Origin: Raillietiella orientalis
Taxonomy: Eukaryota
NCBI GenBank assembly: GCA_036172245.1
Contig: JAYWIR010000005.1
Span: 6,138,001-6,202,000, forward strand
Reading direction: 5' to 3'
DNA: 64,000 nucleotides
The notes under the pieces are model-generated. The model had not been told where the DNA came from and made no database searches. It saw only the letters and a list, made by a program, of their open reading frames with translations. Both the position numbers and the translations under genes were made by a program. Shown here one piece after another: positions 22,416-35,998 of the stretch. Each line of letters opens with the position of its first letter. Position 1 is the stretch's first letter.

Positions 22416-25400
22416 AAATAAATCGCTACTATTGCCTTGGTGGTGGTGGTCAGGCAGCAAACGTGGCACTGCGGAAAATGTACAGATCAAATAATCATAG
22501 CAACTGAGGCAGGAAATGTTCAACGATTTAGAATTTGTACGTTGAAATGGCTTCGCACACATTAATGCATACTTGTAACTTGGGATTTCATGCTCATCCA
22601 GTTTATCGATGGTTCCCTCCAATACAAGCAATGCTGATTTCTGAAGAAAAGGCTTGAAAAGCTTTTCTCTTTTCTTTTTCTTTTGACGCCCAAGTCATGC
22701 CCTCCCCCCTCCTCCCCAGTCACTTCAATCCTTTGGTTTCTAATAGAGAATTAAACCGCGAAAAGTCGCCATGCGAACAAGATTCAGGTTTGCCAAATGA
22801 AATTGAAAAAAATAATGCAAAAAAAAGAATGGATTTCCACGGAACCAGAGCTTTGCCCGCAGAGAATTGCACACTGAAATTCCCCTGAAACAAAGTGATT
22901 TCAACAGGCGATTTTCAAATGACATTCTGGTGTCGAAATGACCACAGGAGCAAAATCTTTCCCACGTTTTCTCCCCCCCCCCCCCTCCGCCCGTCCTACC
23001 GAAGCCTAAGAGGGTTCCGGCAGAGTTTTCCAGCTTCCCAGCCCACCTCCGCAAAGGTGCACCTCACCCGAAAGGAGCCATTTCGATAGAGATATATATC
23101 CTCTTTCCTAGACCGAGCCTGGATTCTTCTTTTTTTTTTTTGTCTAGCAGGACTGAAGCTTTCACGTCTTCCCATTCCACCACGCTGGCCGTTTCTAAAA
23201 TCACAGTAGGGGTTCTTCGTTTAAATAATATCCGCTAATAAGCATTCCTGCCGCTTCGCAAATGGAATGCTGAGGGATCGCAACCCCCACATCCGTGTCT
23301 TTTTGGGAGGAGAACCCCCTTCTGGACCGAATGTTCCGGATGCGCGTGCAGCCGTGCAGAGTTCGAAGCGTGGCCGTCTCATCAGGCGATGCTGCAACTG
23401 CAACCCATTCTCCTCTTGTCAGGAAAGTTGCTGCCAGCAACGGAGCGGACTCCGGAAGAAGATGCACTCAGTTTGCATCCCCCGAAAGATGGCCGCGCGA
23501 CCCTCTGCTGCGTCGCCGTGGGGAGGTTTCCCCGTGCTCGCAACGTTTCGCGGCTCCTTGTGCCAAGAGAGTCCATCCCAGAATCTATGCCAAACTACGG
23601 AGGAGATCGCTTTTTGAATCAGTGGCCTTCTCTTGAGAGTGCCGCAACATTGCGATCTCCGTGAGGTCTGCACACGCCCGGTTTCGAAACCAGCAACACC
23701 AAGGATGAAACCACGAGATTGCCGGATGCGGCACTTTCCGCATGGCATCAAAGAGACGCTGAATCCTGGAATACCGCTGTTTCGTACAGCTGCTGCATCA
23801 TGCTATCGGTATTTAACTCCTGATACTTCACGTCTCCTAAAAATTTGCTCCCCCTTTCGAACGGGATTTCTGGGGCAAGCTTATGTAACGGTTACATCAT
23901 TTTCACCATGGTAACGGCGGTATTCATGCCTGCCGAACGCCAAGCCCTGTATTTCACATCATCGTCTTAATTTAGAAGAGGAAAAAAAAAATGTGTACAT
24001 TCGAAGTGTACATGGATATTCTCTTCCAAAATTGCTTCCCAAATAAAATACCTTATGCGTCGACTGGTTTTGGAACTGCCTGAAATGCGTTTTCTGCACT
24101 GCGTCTAAACTCAAGATTTCGCATTTTCGCTGGCGTTGAGATAACTTTCGAGGGAAAAAATAAAAGAAAATCGGGAAGGAGCAGCACGGATGAGCATCGG
24201 AACAAAATGCCATTCTGGGGAAAGGAGAGCCGAGCATCTTAACGCGTCTAAGGTCAGATTTTAAAAATAAGATCCCTTTTGCTGTGCAATTGATGAAACC
24301 CGAGGGGTACCACTGCAGACATTCACTCTGTCGGTGAACTTTCTCTGGTACGCCTTGTTTGGTTTGCTGGTGTGTTTGTCTTCTCCTGATGGGCTGCTCG
24401 TTTCCCGACCAATCAGAATAGGGAATTCCAGTTTCCAGGCTATCACTACTTTTTCAATGTGTATTTCCAGAGTGATATTGTCTTCCTTCAGCGTTCGCAT
24501 TAGCAGAGGTCGCTGTTCTTAATGAGTTTTAGGAGTCTGGTCTCGGATCTTATTTTTTTAATGCCTTTTTTTTGCCTTTAAGAATCATGCTTCATTATTC
24601 AACATGCAAGGAGGCGCTCGTGCACCTGGAGCACCTCACAGCAAGCAAATGGACAGAGGTGAAACCTCAAGTTAGACACTATCGAACTCTTCACCGCTCC
24701 TAAGTATTTCCTCAAAAGATTTTTTTTTTTTTCTTTTGAGGTACTCCTTAGCCGTGATAGCTCTCCTGCTATTCCTTTGCACGAGATATTATTATTCCCC
24801 GTGTTGCTCTTTCCCCTTTTCCCACACGTAGGCACGCATGCACCAGTCTTTCTGTCTGAAGTGCAACCAAACTAATAACGGTCTTAGAGGAGCATTTGCG
24901 ACGGACACGCTGACGAGGTCACCTCAGGCCGACCGACTGGCGTCCTCCCGATCATCTCAGCAGCTGTCTCGGGTCTGTCGCAGCAGGGCTTAGCGCTGCT
25001 GCCTTGGAATGCAGGTTAGCAGGGGAAAATGTCTACCTGGACAAGCCGTCGGGCACTTTTCCCATGCGCGCGCTACGCGTTTTCCCGTTATTTGTACGCG
25101 GATTGCGTGAGGTGCCGCCCGCAAAGCGTAGCGTTCATCCGGTTTACGGCGAGAAATCGTCACGGACGGGCCGTGCTCTCTGATGAGGCTGATGGAGGGA
25201 GGCTGCTTCACTGCCGACTTTTAAGTCTTTGGGGGGGGGGGGGGAAGGAGAAGGAGAAAAGTGGTAGGAAAAGAGAACGAAAAGAAGAAGCATGGACTTC
25301 GGGTACCGTGGATACTTGTGAAATTGTTTCCGGGGCTTCAGCGCTTCCTCAGGTAGAGCGCATGCCGGTGTCACGATCCTCTGACTTGAGCCGTCACTAG

Positions 25401-28400
25401 GCCTCTCTAGCGGGACGAGATAGACGTCGAAAGACACGCGAAGTCCCCGTTGTCTGGCCGGTTTTCTCCACGTGAAGAAGGAACGTTCTCCAAGTTTTCC
25501 ACTGTCTCGTCTTCCCATGAGCGGCAGAATGAAGAGCTCACGTGAGGATGAAGCGACCCAAGCAGTGCAGACGCATGTGGGGGTGCGATCGCAGGTACGA
25601 TAGTGGATCCGAATGGAGGAGGGTACACGGTCCCCATAGAGCATGTAGGAATGTCCTCCCTCTCCTCTGTCCCTCCTCCCTTTCCAACTTGTAGCTTTCC
25701 TTCTCGAAAAAGGGGTGCTCTGGTCACGGACGAGATGACAGGGGAGAGATCCATTTATTAGATGGTTTAAGCGAGAGAGGTGAAAAGGAGGAAAGAAGAG
25801 AAGTCGCAACGCTGCAGCAATCCTCCTTCCTCCAGATGATACGGCTCTCAAGTGCTCCTGATCTCTTCTTGTATGAGCACGAAGTGTCTGCCCGAGAGAA
25901 TGCCGCCGGCACGTCGACCCGTCGGGAAGGCGCGGAACAAACGGAAAGAGGAAGAAAAAGGATGAAGACGAGGTCAGTGTGCTAGAGAGCAAGCAGTTGC
26001 TCGCCTCGATTGCTCTTCTTCCCTCCTTCCGAGGTTCCCGTTGCCCTTCTTCTGTTCGGACGACAAACCGTTGCCATGGTTTCGCCTCAGATGCCAGTTG
26101 CTTCCATCTCCGCTCACCCTTAGTTCGAAGATGCGAAATGGAAGCCAAGACTCTACAGAGTCTCGTCTCTTTCCTCCCTGATAGTGTGTTTTTGGCACAT
26201 CCCGTGATTCTGACGTCGCAGCCCCGGAAGTCGATGCGAGAGAGGTGGACAGCTGTTGCAGGTGGCTATCGAGTCAGGGACGCACTCTCCATCGATTTGC
26301 GTTTGCTGCAGGGGCCCCTCGCGACAGAAACATGTGCTTTCTTGCGACCCGCTGCCTTCATCGAACGGCTGCGATACTCTCAGGACCGCTCACTTCAGCA
26401 AGGACAAAGGGCAAGGAGCTGATCCTAAGGAACCGGATCAAGGAGAATCCGGAGCAAGGAGAGTGTCATCTTTTTCGTTGCTCTTTCCCTCAGAACTCTT
26501 TCTGGGGTTCTGCGGGAGAGCACAGCGCCTGTATCACAGAGCAGGTGACTGCGGATTGCGGCCCTCAGCTGCCCTTGGACCGACGAGGGATGATGTGGAT
26601 CACGTGCATCTAACAGCAGGCGTGTCAAGGAAACAAACAGATGCCCCGCGGGATGCTTGCTTACCGCGCGTTGCTACTAAGGGATCCTTCGGGAGCAGCA
26701 TCGATGGAAGGCGCCGAGCGCGACTAGGACGGAATGCTGCTCCGCCGTCCGTTTTCTGAGAAAGGAACGTTCATTCTCTTGCCGGCTTCCCGTTATCGTC
26801 GCGCAACGGAAACACACGAAGAGTTTTCCTCCGGGAATTGTAAAGAATCGTTTTCTGTAGACGGGAAGGAGCTGCGCCGAGTGGACCAACTCCATTCGCT
26901 TTGCCCTACCGACATTCTTACTGCGTTTCCACGGGCGGTGTACTCTTACCCGGTGTCCCGCTTCGAAGCAGCGCTCCCATTCGACTCACAGTGGCATCGT
27001 GAAAGGATGAACTCTCCGCCCATCTTACCAGCCGCTGAGGGAAGAGAAGCACCGGTGTGCTGGTTTCAGATGGTAGAGTCTCTGATTGGAATCAATGGTT
27101 TCCTGCCTCTTTAACTCTCACCAACCGCTGCCTGGAACTTTTTCAAACCAAAGATCCTTTTGGGTTTCATCAACCCTCGTTGCCTTGGGGATTTTCGAGT
27201 AGAATACTAGGATGGTGTATTCTTGTGTCTTGTTCGACGACCATTCCCGATCGGAAGCAGCACTCCTGGAGCCCATGGCTCTTAAACTTCCTTGACCTTA
27301 GGGCGGCTAGTCCTCGTGGGCAAAGTGTTGCCTTCCCGGCTCCGGTTTCATCTAGGAGATGCGCCTCCGGAATGTCCACTGCCAAAATCGGGATCGCCGT
27401 TGTTTCAACCGCTGTGGTCGCACGTTCCTTTCGTGTTGGAGATGGCTCTACGGGCAGTGCCGGGGCACCCGTGAGGAGTGGGGAGCGAGTGAACCTGATG
27501 ACATGGCCATGGAGGGAGGAGGCACCAGACTCCTCCAGACGGACGACAGGGTGCGGAGCTGCGGTTACTTCCTGCTGCTGCCTTTGTCGTCCCATTCTTT
27601 CTCCTGAGAAGTGGGTCGAAAGGGATTTTTCCGTCCAACTCTTGTTGTTTGCCGGTCGGCCATTTCGCGCCACTTTTTCTGGAAGCAGCTTCACGCCGAA
27701 CACGCAGTGTTGAGCCTTTGTGTTACAACGGCCATAGGAGCCAGCATTGGGGAAGAGCACGGATGCAAGGCAACAAGGACCCTTCCCTGCATTTCCTCCG
27801 AGATTCATAGGTGAACAGAAAACGGGAAGAAAAGTCGGATAGCATTTCTGATGACGCTTTCGCGGTTTCCCTCGGATAGAGGAGACGCACGCATAGCACG
27901 AAGCAAACGTGCTGCAATGGTCGAGAGGAAATAGGGAGACACTTTCAAAATTGGGAGATACCCAGTATGAACTTGTAAAATCTACATATCTCCATAGATG
28001 GCAGGTCGATTGGCCGAACGCTTTTAATTTAGGTTTTCATGTGTAGTGACAAACAGCTTTTTATTGGACCATCCAAGATAGAATGTTGCCATGATTACGA
28101 TTCCGACTGCGGGAGTGCCTCTTCAAAAGATTTTTGCAGCATAGGTGAATTTCACAGATAGTTCCACAAAATATATCGACCTGAGCAACTGTTGGGAGTA
28201 AACAGTAATCACAGAAGTTCAAGGAGACATTTCCTGCAGGGTCCTAAACAGCATTCCTGAATCCATTCGTCCCCGGGTGCAGAAGAGCGAGCCTCTGCAG
28301 TTAAACTAATTGGGTTAAAGACATTGTGAAGTGTGAGTCCGCTTAGTGAAATTAGTTTGATTTAGGATGGAAGGAAACAATTGGTCCTTTCGTGCTTGAA

Positions 28401-31400
28401 ATTATCCATTACATTACCAAGAGTTGTTTTGGAGTTGATTTTATAATGGCAGAAGTAGCACAGAAATTCATCTGATTGCAATTCCATGGCAACAAACGAG
28501 ACCGATTCCTCTAGACCATCGGCAATGAACCTCTTTCGGAACAAAGGATGCCGAAGAGGACTCTGTTGGTTGGTTTGATTGGAAAGATGGTAACGTGTCA
28601 TGAGCTTACATGAGGTGTCACTCTCCAAGATCTGAAGATGGAAGCAAAAAGATCATAGGAAAGTGGACTCATTTTTTTTTTTTCAAAAACGTAAAATGCT
28701 CTTGTGAGTCCACGTTCATGCACTGCTCTCAGTAACCATCAGGCTTATTTTTTTGATGGCTCCTAGAAATAGCGTTTCCACACAAGCGTTGCTATGTGAT
28801 GATGAACCCCTCTGATCTGTAAGATATAACAGTAGGTTTGCGTATCAGAGCGGCTCTTACGGGGAGGTGGATGCCGGGGAAAAAGCCAAGAAAACAACAT
28901 TTTTGTTTTGTTTTCCACGCGTTATAATCGAACCGTTTGTACAAGTCCTAAAGGAGCGATCTCGAATTTGGATAGATCGGACTATGACCTTTTCCTCCTG
29001 CAAACGACTTGGCGAAGCATCCTCAGAAGTTGGTGATCTTATTAGTTCAGACAAGGATCTATCAAGGGGACCGGATAGCTAAACCCAAGAGTCACCAAAG
29101 GAACTGCGACCATGCAAGCAGTACAACCGATACGACTGGAGAAATGGTAATAGGAAAGAACTTTTTCTCGTTGGTTTGTCAAAGATAAAAGTTCATGCAA
29201 AGCTTGCCCAAACAAATCACCAATGATTGAGAATTTTTGAGCATCTACAGCTTACATGTAGGAAGGAATTGTGTTACAATCTGAGAGAAGATTTTGCTCG
29301 CTTTTCGAAATCGCAATTTCAGCTTACTCACGATATCATACTGTACAGAAGGGAAGAATAAATAAACGAGGCAAGACGAGGTTAGACTACCGAATCCATT
29401 AAAAGGAAGAAGAGAAAAAAAGGTGGATGCCAAGGAAGACATTTCACTCAACACCGCCACTCACGGATCAAAGAGGAAATGGGGACGACCTTAAGATGAT
29501 CGCATCACTTCTGGGAAGCTTGCTTCAATGGAACGGCGGCAATTCCCATCTTCGAGGTGCCGGGTCGCTTCCCCACGTTTTCGGCTGTTCTTTATCACAG
29601 TTTCTGCTTATGGGTTTGTGCTCACTACGCCAAAGTGAACAAAGTTGCGAGCAGAATCTTCTTTGTCTCCAAAGTGGCTGCAGGACGTACTGTTAGCTCT
29701 AGAGGACCTCGTCCTACGAGGTGCTCGACAAGACTTGCCACTGTTGTCCAAATATTGGACTCAACCCCACACGCTCAGAGCACTCGGAACAGAAAGCCAG
29801 AAGCAAACCAAGTGCGGTGAGTTATTAGCAAGGAACGATGCTCCTGGAGAAATTCGTTCCCCGATCTCAGACTCTGCAGCATATGCACAGAGATAAAGCA
29901 CTCGGTTTCAACTGCATCTCGGTTCCGTCTCCCAGCTCTTCCATATACGGCAAGACGTGCATCAATTGTGCTGATTCCCTCGAAAGAGACGACTCCGAAA
30001 TAATCAGGCAGGAAATGGGAGGCTTCGCTGAAAGCGGGAGTGGGAGTGGCTCCGAAGCTGGAGTGGGAGTTTTGGGAGTTTCAGCGAAGAAAGGTGTTCT
30101 TCCTTGAAATGGGTTGCAAGAAGAGTACAACAGAGATCTGATGGGAATCTAACAGATTGCTCGGAAGGCACACACAGTTGATTTCCAATCCACTGCGCTC
30201 CTCATGCAGCCGCGGTGCAATCCAGTTGGAAAGAGTTGGTCATTCAGACATATCCTATGCTTCCGCATGCTAACTGTTCACGTACCCGGTCCGAGGGATT
30301 CCACTTTGAAACTGATGCTGTTTAGAGCGTCAGGATTCACCAAGGCAACACCCACATTTTTGCCGTTATTTCTCGTTGGGCATCCAAGGAAACGAGGGTC
30401 CTTCGAAGTGGGCTTTTCGAATCAGTCAGATCGTTCCGAGATAAACACGATTTTCCTTGCCTCCGTTTCTGATCAAGTGATAGCTGGACACCTCTCGTTC
30501 AACGAGTGGGTAGTCAAGCCCGTAGCAGTCTTCCAAGCTCTAGGAGAGTTGGCACGCGTCGGAAAACGAGCGGAACACCAGTCAGTGGGGGGAACGCTTC
30601 CAACTTGCGAAAGAAGGATTGAAACACTTTCCTGAACCGAGCCAAAGAAACGATAAATATGGAGGAGCGGTTGATGAATTCCTTTGGTAGCACCTTGGGC
30701 AGTTGAGCGGATGCACTTCGCTTCATCTACCAAGCATTTCTTATCTACTCATGAAGCCCCGCGCGGTTATCTGGGGGAATTGGAACGTTCATCATCTCCT
30801 TGCTTGATTACTCTGTGGGGGCCAAAAAGGAAAGAGAAGAGAAAAAACTCACAAGGGCGGAGCAAACGTCTTGTACGCAAGTCGCTGCATGAGAATCTTC
30901 AGCCGGTGTCTCCAGTCTGCAGTTTCTACGAGACCGGTCGACCGGTTTGGTTGTGCTGATCCCCGAGAATGTCTTTCCTAGTGAACAGGATGTTTTCCCC
31001 GAGTGCGAAGTTCGTCTCCAGGGAAATGTATTTTAAAACGCGACAGAAAGCGTGTTCTCGGGAAGATCGTTCACCAGCAGCTGGAGCACTGGAGCGAGAG
31101 AGGGAGCGAGCGAGTCCGGAAGAACGTGAGAGTGGTCCAAGAACGGAATTCAAGGCGTCCAGAGCAGCAGCAAGGAAGGAGAGGGAGCGAAATTTCCGAA
31201 TGAGGAACCATAGGAAGGGGTCGGGTTCGAAATCCCGAACGGTCACCAGAAATAAACATAAACTCTTGCTTATTCCACGTAGATTAATTAACACAAATTT
31301 ATTTTAATATGCACAATTATCCATACATATTTATTAACAGCCATATAATTAACAGTAATATTATTGGAACAGATATAGCTAGTAAGATCCAGTGACATGT

Positions 31401-32988
31401 TTTCATTAATAAAATTAATAAGTCGCTGATTCTGTTATCGATATATACATATATATATTAAAGATAATAATGTATGTATACGATTATTACATATATTCAC
31501 ATATGTATTCATATATGTTAAATCAATATATACATATTCAATTTTTGAAAATGAAAAATATTTCCAAGGAGAACAGTGGGGAAAAATAAAGATGCAAGCA
31601 AATTAAACGAACCAAAAAAAAATTCCACATCTGATAGTTTTTTTTATTTGCACCGTTGCAGCCGTTCACTTTGAAAACAAAACAGGGATAGATTATGGGG
31701 AATGGCACTCAGGGAGTCCACAAGAACTGGCCGACTTTCACGGTCATCCTCCCTATATTTTGGAGCCTTTCCTCTTTCAGGGCTTGGCTCTCCTCGGAGA
31801 AGGCATTCCCATTTATTTTCTACGTGACGTCGTTCTTTTTGAAGTTCTTCCAATGTTAAGTGTGCTCCGGCATGAGCACCCCTGCTCAATTGTCCCATCT
31901 CTTGTGCGATACTTCTACATCATTGAGCGGAAGCCATTCCTCATGCACTCCTTCCTATACGACCACAAATCTGCTGGTAGCAGCGCTGGCCATCGAACAG
32001 CATTGCCGTTGGGCAAGTGTCTTACCCTCTCGTCTAAGCAATTCTTCTCGAACCAGTCCCGCAAATTCGCTGGCTGCTTCAGGCAAATGTGGCTTCGGCT
32101 CACCGGAAGCTCCTGGGATTCCATGAGCTGGAAGGAATGCCAGCGCGGACATATGACAAACCTTCAAGCTGTTCAAGTTCGTCTTCGCTGTGCCACGTTG
32201 CCAATCCACTCATCTGAATTTTTCGCCAAGTGCATCGGGAAGAAAACAAAACTTTTCTGGCAGCACTTTCACCCTTCTGTTCCTCGACAGTACCTGATTC
32301 CCTAAATCTGGGTCTGCGGTTCGGGAATTCAGTTGAAATCCATTCTCTCCTGCAAAGTTCACAGAATCTTCAAACAGGCGTTTGTTTCAGTGCTTCCCCT
32401 TTCCCAGAGCTGAAAGCACAAAACCAAAGGAATACGTCTTAAAACTTTCAAAGTTTTAAGAATTAGGAATATTATACAGTTGATGGTACATTGTGGGAAC
32501 AGTTCTCCAGCATCCATTACGCAAATTGAAGCACGAGCTAGCCTTTGTACGTTCGACTTTGCGAAGGATGTTAGAAGTCTGCCTTCTTGGACAGTCAAAT
32601 CTCTAACCAACAGTTCACTCTTTGACATGTTTCGCACAGCAGGAACTTTGACATCATCACCCACGAGCTTTTCGAACCCTCTTGGTTCTTTGGTGGAAGG
32701 GACTTTCTCGCAGACAAGCATGGTGCTGTCTCAGTGGGCGCCGAACTCGCACACGCTTGAATAATTGGGCAGCGGAGATTTCCTGTTTCTCGCCTGCGTT
32801 CCAGCTCTTCTGTCGCCTTCGAAGCACCCGCTGCACTTGCAGCCGCAGAGTGGCTGTGTTCTACGAAATGCATGGTGTCCACTTGACAGGTGAGGTGCTG
32901 CTGGGCCATTGGCCGTGGACTTCGTGTTTTCGCAGCACCAATAACACTTGGCAACATTAACGGCATCACTGACGCTTCTCTCTTCCAC

Positions 32989-33193
32989 CTTCAAGGGGAC
33001 TCTTGCATTGACAGCCTTTTTGTGAGGGAACAGCAAGTTCGCTGACTTCGTGGGAAGGATGGACATTGGAGGACTTCTTCACAAAGCAGGTGGAAGTTTT
33101 CTTACTATGCGGCGAATAGAACAGGATTATGAGATCTCTAGATCAAGTGAAATCCTACAGTTTCTTCCGGAAGACGAAAATCAAAGCGACCAC
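32989..33193 (+). repeat. Diverged ~200-bp duplication, copy 1
   Basis: Shares an exact 21-mer GACGAAAATCAAAGCGACCAC (33173-33193 and 35978-35998) and a 13-mer CTTACTATGCGGC (33101 and 35905) with copy 2, with colinear similarity between them. Confidence 0.85.
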
Positions 33194-35797
33194 ACCTCCC
33201 ATTGTGTTGTAAGAGCTTCTGAGGTAGGACGCAGAGAAAGTCCTGGCCGGTCCTAATACTTCACTTCCTGCCAAGCTTGTTGATTTTTGAGCGCCTTCTA
33301 GACGGAAACGGGTTGGCTATTTTATGCTGACACAGGATTGGGAGCTGGTTCATTTCGTGCTCACGGAAAAATCCTTGAATGTCTCAAACTCATACACCTT
33401 CAGATTGGTCTTTCTTTTCGAGCTGAAGAAGACTTAAGGAGGGAACTTCTGTGTGAGAAAGAGTGCGCAGGAGAATTTATGTGTAAGGGATTCAACTCTA
33501 GGTACGTGCGCACCCCTAAGTGATCCTTTAAAAAAGTAGGAAAACCCTCAATGCCACAGCAAGCAAAGAGAGATCTCCTCAAACAACCGGAAGATCCACC
33601 AATTATGAGTTCGACTTTCCATTCCGGTTAGATGGCCTCTTTTTCAGATGAGAGACGCGGTTTCGGGATTACGTCACTTCCCATTCATCGCGAGACAAGA
33701 GGTGCTTCGAACTGGAGTCCAGGGATCAGGAAAGCCTGTGGACCGCCACCGGGCCATTCTCCACGATCCACCCCTGTCTTACCACCAAAGGCTCTTCTTC
33801 CTCATCTTCCACTCCTCCTTCACGTTTCCACACGTCGCATTTTTCTATTTTGCCTTTCTCATTTGTAAGCTTTCGCGCCATTTTTAATTGCCACAATCAT
33901 TCCTCCTCCTCCAAAATTCAGTCTTCGTGCATGCATCGAGCGTACATTTCTTGTTTACACGAACGCATCTACATAAACACATCTGTATAAATATATACAT
34001 ACACATGTGCGTATTTATGTATTTACAATTTCTCTTTTTATATATATTTCTATGCATATCTTTGTGCATTTTTATATTTATGTACATATTTGTATTCTTA
34101 TATGTATATTCATATTATCTATAAGTACTGATGTATATAAAAAGATCTTACACACATATATACATCTGCATCAACAATATAGTCAATAACCTATCAATTA
34201 TATTAATTGAATGTATGTAAATAAATATTCATAACTATATATGTTTCAATAATGCTACTGTTAATAACATGCACGTTATAGAAAAACTATGGATATTAAA
34301 ATAAATTTGTATATTAATCTATGCAGAATAAGTGCGGGTGTTTTGGGATATTTTGATCGTCGCCGAATACGAAGCGATCTGAAAGAGACAGTGGGGAACT
34401 CACAGAGAGAACTGGACCGAATCCTTTGGAGATGCAGGGCGTTTGGATAGTGCCCGAGAAAAGCAGGCCTTTTTTTGGCTCCGGCTGTCCATCCACTTGC
34501 GTCCCTAGCAAATCATTCCTCCGAGACCCCAAACTTGGTCCGATCTGTTATCAGGTCATATCCTGGGAAACGTTAGTTGTGAGGAAACCCTTTTCTCGCT
34601 TGCAAAGATGGTGGTCTCTTGGAAGAGATGGACGGAGACCTGTGCTCAAGATCCTGATCGTGGCACGTGAACGCAGGGAACATTCCTCTCCTGGAGTGCA
34701 TGCTATTGTGATGCTGTCTGACGTGGCCCTCCTCGCTGTTTATGCCAACGTGATCTGTGCTTATGTGGGGAGCCAAACGATTGTTCTTTTCCGACTAGAT
34801 GGACTCAGATGCGGTTGCAGGGTGCTTTCTTGCTTCACTCCACAAGACTCATGGTAGCGGTTTCCAGCTCACTTTGGCTTCGGAAAAATCACTTGACGAT
34901 TCCATTCTGTGCCACCGCTGCATTCCAGGTCACCGCTTTTGACACGCAAGCGAGGTGAGAGCTTGAGCCATCCCACGTTTTGCTCCACCCTTACGAAGGA
35001 TCATCGTTCGGAAAAGCCACAGAACCGCCTAATGGGGAAATGCTCCTCTCCTGAGCGAAAGAGCTGATGACGGATCCCCGGAGCTGAGATAGATGGATCT
35101 GCCTTTAGCCACATGATAAACTCCGGTCCGTTCGCTGCTCTGTGTTTGGTGTAAGGAAGAGACGGGCCGGCCGATTTTTCGTGCATTTGTTTCGCTCCGT
35201 GCACTTCCACCCGCCTTACTCTTAAGAAAGCGCCCTTGGAGAGTGATTCACTTTGAAACTCTTGGTCTCTGCATCGGAGGATGAAGACACAACTGGCATA
35301 TTTTATTTTGTCACACAGAAGAATACAAGCGGAAAGGCACTTGCAAATCCCAGGAATGGCTTTTTTGTTTTTTTTTTTTGTGAGCATTTGCATCGCTGAG
35401 GTGTACGCGGAATGACGTCATCTTTCCGACATCCTCTCCAATAGGCTGCTCTCATCCATTTTCAAGCCAAGAATTTATTATGTGTCTATTTATAATAAAT
35501 ATATGAATAAAAAATATATAAAAAGATTCTTATGAGAGTATTAAAATATAAATATCGCGCAAAAGGTTTATTGAAGTCAAGCAAAGAATTTGAAGTTCAT
35601 AATACCAGAATGCTCCCGTTCCGTTACCATAGCGTCAGAGACAAGGAACAAGGAAGCATCTTGGATGAATCACAGTAAATGAATGGACGAGAAGGCCTCT
35701 CTCTATAATACGAATGGTGGCATGTAAACTACGCGAGAAGACAGCCTGTGGCTAGAGATGGGAGCACAAGAAGCAGTCGAGGATTTCGGAGTTTATA

Positions 35798-35998
35798 CTT
35801 CAAGCTTCTACTGCTTCATTTTATTGACATCCGCTGAGTACAAGTAGCTGACTTGGTGGAAAGGATGGATGTCAGGGGATTTCCCCACAGAGTAGGTAGA
35901 TTTCCTTACTATGCGGCAAACGGCACAGGATAATGGGAGCTCCAGCTCTCCACGAAATTCTACAGTTCCATCCGGCGGACGAAAATCAAAGCGACCAC
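35798..35998 (+). repeat. Diverged ~200-bp duplication, copy 2
   Basis: Colinear with 32989-33193; same exact 21-mer and 13-mer anchors. Confidence 0.85.
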
